Of a DNA stretch of 64,000 nt, positions 57,634 to 64,000 are shown in pieces. This DNA is from a virus. The position numbers were made by a program, and so were the translations under genes. Numbering within the stretch: position 1 is the stretch's first letter; the number at the start of each line of letters is the position of its first letter. A model generated the notes under the pieces. The model made no database searches. It saw nothing but the letters and a program-made list of their open reading frames with translations, and was not told the origin of the DNA. The stretch covers positions 1 through 64,000 of IMG/VR virus record IMGVR_UViG_3300005471_000011. The stretch is one strand, 5' to 3'.

Positions 57634-57971
57634 ACGTCGTTGGATTCGCCTCGCTGGATGATTTCATCGGCGAGCTGCGCCGCGAGAAAAACAACATCGC
57701 CGACCGCATCGTGCGCTGGCACGAGAACCGCAGCCCGGAGCAGGAAGAACAGCTAACATTTCACTTGGAAGTCTGGGCGACAGCCATCGCCAAGTGCGAG
57801 GACAATGACTACCTGCTGGAGTTCGAAGCGGCGGCGGGACGGGACAGCGAGATCGACGGGGACCGCTCCAGCGAAGCCAGCCAGCGGGCGGCGACGGCAC
57901 GCGCCAAGCTAGCGGAAGCGTGCGACGACCTGGGGCTGCAACTGCGTCCCGGCAAGATTGAGGTCTGCTAG
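57630..57971 (+). CDS. hypothetical protein
   Basis: Coupled ORF. Confidence 0.55.
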   Translation: MNVVGFASLDDFIGELRREKNNIADRIVRWHENRSPEQEEQLTFHLEVWATAIAKCEDNDYLLEFEAAAGRDSEIDGDRSSEASQRAATARAKLAEACDDLGLQLRPGKIEVC

Positions 57972-58451
57972 ATGGCGAAGCTGCCAAATTCGCGCATGCC
58001 GCTGGAAGCGTTCAACGCCCGCACGCTCAAAAATTGGAACCTCAAGCGGATCAAGTTCGACGTTCGGCTCAACCTGAACATCGACCGGCTGGTTGCCAAT
58101 ACCAAGCTGACGGTCGCGCAGAGGATCAAGATTGCAGGCCAGCTACTGCGCGACGGCGTTGTGGTAAATTTGTCCCGCCCAGTCCGCAAGTACCGCAGCA
58201 AGCGCACCGGCAAGATGGTGGTCGATCCCAAGAGCCGCAGCGTGCGCGGGGAATTCCCGCGTGCCGATACGACGCGGCTTCTCAAGGACATCTACCATCT
58301 CTTCCGGTCGGAGGAGCTTGCCAGCTACGTAGGCACGCGCCTGCTATACGGGAAGATTCTGGAAACGAGAATGGATCGTTCGTTCCTGCGCCGCACACTG
58401 AATGAGCTGCGCGGAAAATTGCTGATGATCGTCCGGGGAAGCAAGCTATAA
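57972..58451 (+). CDS. HK97 gp10-like neck protein
   Basis: GEFP..DT..L, VGT.L.YG.ILE, R.FLR. Confidence 0.65.
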   Translation: MAKLPNSRMPLEAFNARTLKNWNLKRIKFDVRLNLNIDRLVANTKLTVAQRIKIAGQLLRDGVVVNLSRPVRKYRSKRTGKMVVDPKSRSVRGEFPRADTTRLLKDIYHLFRSEELASYVGTRLLYGKILETRMDRSFLRRTLNELRGKLLMIVRGSKL

Positions 58452-58458
58452 TCCGGCC

Positions 58459-58977
58459 ATGACAATTAACCCCCGCGGCAGTTGGTCCATCCATAAGGCA
58501 ATCGAAGAGCGCTGGGTGGACAAGGGCTTGGACACAGCATTCCGCGCCGAGTGGCCCACCCCGGCTACCACGCAGTATCTCAGCCTGAACGATTCAGAGG
58601 CGCGCCCCGGCAAGCCGATCCATCCGACGCCGTATTGCGTCTATGAGGTTGGCGAGCCAATCATCCTGAGCCACAGCACGGGCGCGGCAGATGACGACGT
58701 TCCGGTGGATACCCATCGCAAGTACATCGACGTTCCTGTGCAGTTCACGATCTACGCCATACAGAAGGGTGCTTTAAACGGCAAAGAGATGGCTGTCCAG
58801 TTCGCCAAGCTTGTCGCCCGGCAATTCGACAGGGCTTTATATACGCTTGAGGAGGACGAGCAGATCGACGTGATGATCGATCCCGACTTCGGCACCAGGC
58901 AGGATGACCAGACCTGGTCCTGGACGCTCCAGTACCGCATCAGAATCGAAGGCAAGTATCTGATCGCCTTGTCTTGA
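58459..58977 (+). CDS. putative tail terminator/completion protein
   Basis: PYCVY, VQFTIY; position. Confidence 0.6.
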   Translation: MTINPRGSWSIHKAIEERWVDKGLDTAFRAEWPTPATTQYLSLNDSEARPGKPIHPTPYCVYEVGEPIILSHSTGAADDDVPVDTHRKYIDVPVQFTIYAIQKGALNGKEMAVQFAKLVARQFDRALYTLEEDEQIDVMIDPDFGTRQDDQTWSWTLQYRIRIEGKYLIALS

Positions 58978-59105
58978 GCGTTACGGCTTGACCCGCCGGA
59001 GAGGCGGGTGCTACAACTACGCTCTGCATTCGGACCCGGCGCGAGCATTCCGCTCGCAACGCCTCGCCGCTGGTTCGCACCTTCCTTGGGAAGCGGTGCG
59101 CGGCG

Positions 59106-59873
59106 ATGAACCGAAGCGCGAGCGGCAAGATTCGGCTAACGCTGGAATCCACGCTGGTCAACTTGCTTGACAGCCAAGTCCCGGCGACCTGCTCCGTCGG
59201 CGCGGACTTCTCGGCCACGCTGAACAACGGCATCGAAGCTGACCAGTTTAACCGCGCCTGGGCAAGCGGGGACCGGGCGCTTTCTTCCGGCGCAAGCGAG
59301 ACGCTCGACCTTTACCAAATGACCGGCATGGACATCGGTGCCGGAGCGGGCAATGACGGCTTGGGGTTGGCGTGCCTTTTTGAAGAGATCGTCGCCATTG
59401 TGATCAATGTTTCGGCAGGGACCGGGGCGCTGGAAATCGAGCCCGGTGGCGCAAGTGGGTTGACGGCACTGGGGATATTGACGGCGGCGCTGGGCGGCGC
59501 GTTGAGCTTGAACGACTCACTGGTGCGGATTGCCAGATCGGCCGGCGGGATCGACCTATCCTCGACCAAGAAAAATGTCAAGTTCACTGCCAACGGTGGG
59601 CCGGTCACATACTCCGTGACGATCTTCGGACGCCATGACGACGAGGAAAGCTCATCTTCCAGCAGCAGCTCCACCAGTTCGCTGTCTTCTTCGAGCACGT
59701 CGTCCGTAAGCAGCGAGTCGTCCAGTAGCACCGCAAGCTCCAGCACAACTTCAACTTTGAGCAGCGTCAGCAGCTCTAGCACGTCGAGCGTTTCTTCGTC
59801 GAGCACTTCATCCGCGAGCAGTTCGTCTTCATCCACTAGCACAGCGAGCAGCAGCTCGTCCAGCAGTTCCTAG
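59106..59873 (+). CDS. putative virion protein with a poly-Ser tail
   Basis: Gly-rich beta domain, then DDEE and a Ser tract to the stop codon. Confidence 0.7.
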   Translation: MNRSASGKIRLTLESTLVNLLDSQVPATCSVGADFSATLNNGIEADQFNRAWASGDRALSSGASETLDLYQMTGMDIGAGAGNDGLGLACLFEEIVAIVINVSAGTGALEIEPGGASGLTALGILTAALGGALSLNDSLVRIARSAGGIDLSSTKKNVKFTANGGPVTYSVTIFGRHDDEESSSSSSSSTSSLSSSSTSSVSSESSSSTASSSTTSTLSSVSSSSTSSVSSSSTSSASSSSSSTSTASSSSSSSS

Positions 59874-59888
59874 TAAGGAAACACCACG

Positions 59889-60323
59889 ATGAGCGGTCAA
59901 TCTGCAATCAACGGCAAGTACGGCAAAGCCGTCATCGATGGGACGCTTGTTACGCGCCTGACCAATTGGCGTATCAATCCCATCGCAACGACCAGCGTGT
60001 GGGCGGACAGCGAGAGCGCTGGCTACGCCAACAGCTTGACGGCGCGCAAGCACGCCACGGGCACCATCGGCGGCAAGTTCGACACCAACAAGAAGCCGTA
60101 CACGATCTTCGACGTCGGCGATAACGTCATCTTGGCGCTGTTCAATGAGCTTTCCAGCACGCTCTACTGGCTGTTCCTTTCCGCGAACATCACTTCCTTC
60201 GAAATGGAAACCGACATCGACGGTTTGACCGTGGTTGGATGGACGGCCAACTGGGAAGCGGACGGCATTTTCTACAGCCCGTCGCAAAACAAGCCCATCG
60301 CGGTGACACTGCCATCGTCTTAG
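59889..60323 (+). CDS. putative tail tube protein
   Basis: AINGKYGK..I, W.I, GTI.G.FD; upstream of chaperone and TMP. Confidence 0.7.
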   Translation: MSGQSAINGKYGKAVIDGTLVTRLTNWRINPIATTSVWADSESAGYANSLTARKHATGTIGGKFDTNKKPYTIFDVGDNVILALFNELSSTLYWLFLSANITSFEMETDIDGLTVVGWTANWEADGIFYSPSQNKPIAVTLPSS

Positions 60324-60353
60324 TGAATCGAGCAAGACCGGAGGAGCCTACCT

Positions 60354-60863
60354 TTGGAATCGAACGGAAAGAGCCTCAGCGCCGGCTGCCGCAAGCGGCG
60401 CAACATGCCCATGCAGGACGGGACGCATGTGGAGCTTTACGCTCTGCTGCTGACCGATTTAGCGTTTCTTCAGGAAGAAGCGGCGCACGCCAGGCGCAGG
60501 GAGCTGATCGAAACCTACGTGCGGAATATCGACCTGCTGCCGGATACAATGTCGCCGGAGCAAAAGCTGGAAATCATCAAGGACGCTTTCAGGCGTGCGG
60601 AGGATATTCGCGCCGACACCATCGGCATTGCTGGCGGTGATCAGTGGGCGGACAACACGATGCGAGGGTTGCTCACGCAAATCTGGGTCAGCCTGCGACC
60701 GGGCATACCTGGATTGACGTTTGACCAGACCGCCGAGATGTGGTCCCAGCGCAGCCGCGAAGAGGTCCAGGCAACCGCCGCAGCGGTCCAGGAGATAAGC
60801 AAGCCAACCCTGGGAAACGCATTGCCCCCGGCGGAGATGGCTCCGGCGGGGGCGGGCCGATAG
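60354..60863 (+). CDS. tail assembly chaperone (G)
   Basis: Between tube and TMP; contains a slippery site. Confidence 0.65.
   Translation: MESNGKSLSAGCRKRRNMPMQDGTHVELYALLLTDLAFLQEEAAHARRRELIETYVRNIDLLPDTMSPEQKLEIIKDAFRRAEDIRADTIGIAGGDQWADNTMRGLLTQIWVSLRPGIPGLTFDQTAEMWSQRSREEVQATAAAVQEISKPTLGNALPPAEMAPAGAGR
60812..60818 (+). other. programmed -1 ribosomal frameshift site G GGA AAC
   Basis: X XXY YYZ heptamer in frame; the -1 frame is open to 61162. Confidence 0.8.
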
Positions 60864-61162
60864 CCTGGGCCAGAATCTTTCGCACGATCTACGTCGAGTC
60901 AATGGGCCGCGTGCTGCCAAACGACCTGGAGCAGCTCACGCTGGACCAATTCTTGATAACATGGCTGAGCAATGAGGAGCTTGGCGCGGGCAAGACGAGC
61001 TTCACACCGGAGGAAGCAGCGGAGAAAGGACTGGACGTGGAAGTGGGCGGCAAGACCGGGGTGCAAATCGCGCTAGAGAAAGCCGCCAAGAAGCGGCGCG
61101 CCGAGGCTCGCGCAGCGCGGATCGCCAAGCGTGCGGCGCGCAAGGAGGTCGCCAATGGCTGA
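60812..61162 (+). CDS. tail assembly chaperone frameshift extension (GT)
   Basis: -1 frame contains P.DL..LTLDQ. Confidence 0.7.
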   Translation, partial: GKRIAPGGDGSGGGGPIAWARIFRTIYVESMGRVLPNDLEQLTLDQFLITWLSNEELGAGKTSFTPEEAAEKGLDVEVGGKTGVQIALEKAAKKRRAEARAARIAKRAARKEVANG

Positions 61163-62429
61163 CATGCTGGGCGAAGCCTACGTTGTCATCCGCGCCAGCA
61201 TGGACAAGGTGCGCGGCGACTCCGCCAAAGCAGGCGATGAGATCAAGCGCAGCCTGCTACAATCGCTGACAGGTTTTGATCTGCCGGAAGGCATTTCCCC
61301 GAAGATGATTGCCGGGGTTGGCGCTGCTGCGCTGGCAGCGGCCGGTGCCTATGGGGTGTTTCGGACGGCCCAAGCCGAGTGGAACGAGAACATCAAGGAA
61401 GGCACAAAGCTATCCGAGGAGTTCAGTAAAGCTGAGGCGCGGCGGCGGGCGGCGCTGGAGGTCAACAGCCGAGTCGGGTTCAACGTCAGCGAGCTGCGAG
61501 AACAGGCCAAGGTCATCGACGACGCAGTTGCCGGTTCCAAAGCGAAGATCACGGAAGCCCAAACTCAACTGTTGGCTTTCCGAAACATTCAAGGCGACAA
61601 CTTCAAACGGGCCACGAAGGACGCGGTGGATTTGGCGGCGGCGATTGGCTCGGACTTGCCATCGGCGGCGCATCTCTTGGGGCGTTCGCTGAGCGATCCG
61701 GAGCGCGGCATGATGCATCTACGCCGGGCAGGCGTGCTGCTGACGGATACTCAACAGAAGCTCGTGCGGCAGTTCGCCGCCGCCGGCCAATCGGCCAAGG
61801 CGCAGGAAGTCTTGCTAGGCGCCCTAGAAAACCAATACGGCGGATTCGCTGAGAAAGCCGTGCGACCATTAGACCGCCTGAAAAGCGAGCTGGAAGACGT
61901 GCGGAGAAAGATCGGCGACATCATGCAGGAGCGAAAGCCGCTGCTGCTGCAAGTAGAGATTGCTTTCGCGCATGGACAATTGGGGTTGGAGGACGAAGTC
62001 CAGAACCTTCTCACGCCGTTGTCGAAGGCGCTGAACACGACCAGCGACAAGCTGATCAATGGACTAATCGAAAACTCAGCTCGGACATGGGTGATGCTCC
62101 AATCTATGTTTTTTGGTCCGGCTGGCCCAGCAATGATTCTACTTGGAAGGCTGCAACGTGCTCGTCAAAAGCAGTTCGCAGATGCGATGCCGGGCAAGGA
62201 TGGTCATGGCGGTTTGGCACCAGAACCTCCAGAGCGGGAGACGCCGCAGGGAGTCTTCACCGCCATCCAATTATCTAACAAGCTCGACGAAATATACCGC
62301 GGCGACAACCAGCGGAAACTTCTGGATCTGACGGCTGAGGGCAACCAGATCGCCAAGGACGGGTTCAGCACTTTGGCCGAACGACTGAAGCCGCAGAACG
62401 ATACCATCCCCGTCGCGAGGCCCCGATGA
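61155..62429 (+). CDS. tape measure protein (short, ~424 aa)
   Basis: LGEAYV.I.A, F.RA...A.DLAA..G.DL..AA..LGR.L.DP..G...LRRAGV. Confidence 0.8.
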   Translation: MADMLGEAYVVIRASMDKVRGDSAKAGDEIKRSLLQSLTGFDLPEGISPKMIAGVGAAALAAAGAYGVFRTAQAEWNENIKEGTKLSEEFSKAEARRRAALEVNSRVGFNVSELREQAKVIDDAVAGSKAKITEAQTQLLAFRNIQGDNFKRATKDAVDLAAAIGSDLPSAAHLLGRSLSDPERGMMHLRRAGVLLTDTQQKLVRQFAAAGQSAKAQEVLLGALENQYGGFAEKAVRPLDRLKSELEDVRRKIGDIMQERKPLLLQVEIAFAHGQLGLEDEVQNLLTPLSKALNTTSDKLINGLIENSARTWVMLQSMFFGPAGPAMILLGRLQRARQKQFADAMPGKDGHGGLAPEPPERETPQGVFTAIQLSNKLDEIYRGDNQRKLLDLTAEGNQIAKDGFSTLAERLKPQNDTIPVARPR

Positions 62430-63451
62430 CCGCAACCTCGGAGCTAACTCGTTCGCGCTTCTCGACGCCAAGGGGGATCAAGTACGCGCTGACCAAGGGG
62501 CCGGACTTCCAGCGCGAAGCGCACGGCAAGACAACGGCCGAAGCTACCTATCGGGTTTACGGGCGGCAGGTATTGGACTTTATCGACGAGATGTTGCCGC
62601 TGCCTTTCATCCGGGACGGCAAGATCATCCAGCCACAGATAACAAGGATAAGAAATACCGTCAGCCAGGCCGGCGGCGGATATCTGTCAGCGGCGCGAAT
62701 CAGTTCCGTCGCGATGGCGGAGCCGGATGGCATCGGGATTATCGATCCATTCAAGCTAGATACGAATGCGGACAGTTTGACAAACGGCCATCAGACCTAC
62801 AGCCGCTATGCGCTGGTGACGATCCAGTACGAGAGCAACATTGACGCGGCGTGGAGCGGCGACCGCACCAACAAGGATGACCCGGTTCGGTTCCTGGACA
62901 TGACAGTTGGTGCGAATTTTGAGTTCTATTCCATCAAGTCGAACAGCAACTTACTCGGAGCCTCTCCTGAATTATCCGTGTCCGCCGGTGCGGCAGTCGC
63001 AACTCCGATCAAAGACCTGACCGCTCCAGTCGTCTATTTACGTCCGCTGGTCGAACACACTGGCCATTGGGCCTGGGCCGTGAACCCAAACTTCGGAAAA
63101 ATATGGGAGCAACTTGGCTCGGTCAATTCGAAGAAGCTGAGCTACATCAAGGATGCCGAGCCGGAGACGGTGATGTTCATGGGGATCGCTGGCAGGCAGG
63201 AATACCGCCATGCCGGGAACTCACGGACGCTTCGCACGTGGGCGCTTGATTTTAGGTTTCTTCAGCGGCAGATTCGCGCACCGGCAATCGTCAACGGACT
63301 GGAGTCAACGGTGCTCTGCGGTTGGAATCACACCTACGATGCCAGCACGCAAAGCTTCATCCGGCTGTATCGAAGGCCAAGTCCAAACGCTTCTCGCGTT
63401 CCTCTGTATCGGCTTTCCGACTTCTCTGACCTCTATGAGACTGGGCCATAA
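62426..63451 (+). CDS. putative distal tail/baseplate protein
   Basis: Directly after the TMP; GSVN, GWNH motifs. Confidence 0.55.
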   Translation: MTATSELTRSRFSTPRGIKYALTKGPDFQREAHGKTTAEATYRVYGRQVLDFIDEMLPLPFIRDGKIIQPQITRIRNTVSQAGGGYLSAARISSVAMAEPDGIGIIDPFKLDTNADSLTNGHQTYSRYALVTIQYESNIDAAWSGDRTNKDDPVRFLDMTVGANFEFYSIKSNSNLLGASPELSVSAGAAVATPIKDLTAPVVYLRPLVEHTGHWAWAVNPNFGKIWEQLGSVNSKKLSYIKDAEPETVMFMGIAGRQEYRHAGNSRTLRTWALDFRFLQRQIRAPAIVNGLESTVLCGWNHTYDASTQSFIRLYRRPSPNASRVPLYRLSDFSDLYETGP

Positions 63452-64000
63452 TGCTTCGCGCAGACTTCCGCGACACACCGATGATCCCGACCGGGGGACT
63501 GCTCAATGAGATGAGCGGTGGCGTCAACGCTGTCCAACCCGCTGGGCTATCGAGCTTCAATCAGGGGATATTTGGAAAGCACGTCGGGACGCCAGAAACG
63601 ATCATCGGTACGGCGGTGATCACGGATGACAGCAACCTCTGCCAGATTCCTGCAGGCCAGACGGAGACAGATGCCCCATGCGGGCGCGAAGGAAAGTACG
63701 CGGCGGTCTTTCGCTACCACGACGGCAACCGCTGGCAGAACCGCGAGACGGTGCTGCGGATCGACGCGGGAGGCTACCACAATGGTACGCCTGGGCAAGG
63801 CAACATCCCCATCTACGGCGTCGGCGACGTCGTCCCGGCGTTCTACGATCAGCAGAGGCTGTGGTGCATCCCCATCCAGTCGCCGCCCGACAGGGATTGC
63901 GTGGCGGCGTTCCGCGGGCAGACAAATCAAGGCGTGCCGCGCGGCCAAGCGGGGGACTGCCTATCTCCGGATGCTGCGGAGGTTCATTGCCAGCAGTTCC
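63451..64000 (+). CDS. putative tail protein, truncated by the window end
   Basis: Open frame from ATG 63451 to the end. Confidence 0.55.
   Translation, partial: MLRADFRDTPMIPTGGLLNEMSGGVNAVQPAGLSSFNQGIFGKHVGTPETIIGTAVITDDSNLCQIPAGQTETDAPCGREGKYAAVFRYHDGNRWQNRETVLRIDAGGYHNGTPGQGNIPIYGVGDVVPAFYDQQRLWCIPIQSPPDRDCVAAFRGQTNQGVPRGQAGDCLSPDAAEVHCQQF

Noticed and set aside
39369-59842. Long Leu/Glu/Asp-rich minus-strand ORFs (39369, 51779, 53384-55246, 59312)
   Set aside because: Antisense shadows of the poly-Ser codons; no RBS or independent evidence.
1-64000. Integrase, att sites, reverse transcriptase/DGR, tail sheath
   Set aside because: No recognisable motifs in this window; lifestyle cannot be determined.

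Overview
This 64-kb window is part of a GC-rich tailed dsDNA phage or prophage with HK97-type head genes and a probably non-contractile tail. Almost all genes are on the + strand. A Planctomycetota-like host is inferred from gene content and is not proven. Layout: (1) 1-7.8 kb, a secreted/membrane module (matrixin protease, thioredoxin-CxxCH fusion, membrane-anchored proteins) interrupted by a ~560-nt structured non-coding block containing tRNA mimics; (2) 7.8-26.6 kb, early/accessory genes driven by a family of TTGAC-N17-TAAAAT promoters (Ycf46-like AAA ATPase, DUF3150/DUF1257/DUF2997-like cluster, UDP-sugar dehydrogenase, PD-(D/E)XK nuclease, Bet/RecT, MutS-I/HARE-HTH protein); (3) 27-46 kb, DNA methyltransferase, terminase, portal-MuF fusion, KdsB-like and methyltransferase genes, prohead protease-AAA fusion and major capsid protein; (4) 46-64 kb, a PAS protein, a G8/beta-helix protein, several Ser-rich proteins, neck, tail tube, tail chaperone with a -1 frameshift, and tape measure. 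Most striking observations: a double-elbow tRNA-like RNA in which a circularly permuted tRNA body replaces the anticodon loop of another; five proteins with long poly-Ser/Thr tracts encoded alongside nucleotide-sugar genes and a CX5R phosphatase; an AAA+ domain with Walker B before Walker A; a prohead protease fused to an AAA ATPase; and a 45-bp micro-inversion plus several frameshift lesions confined to accessory genes. All family assignments come from motif recognition by eye; no database searches were run.
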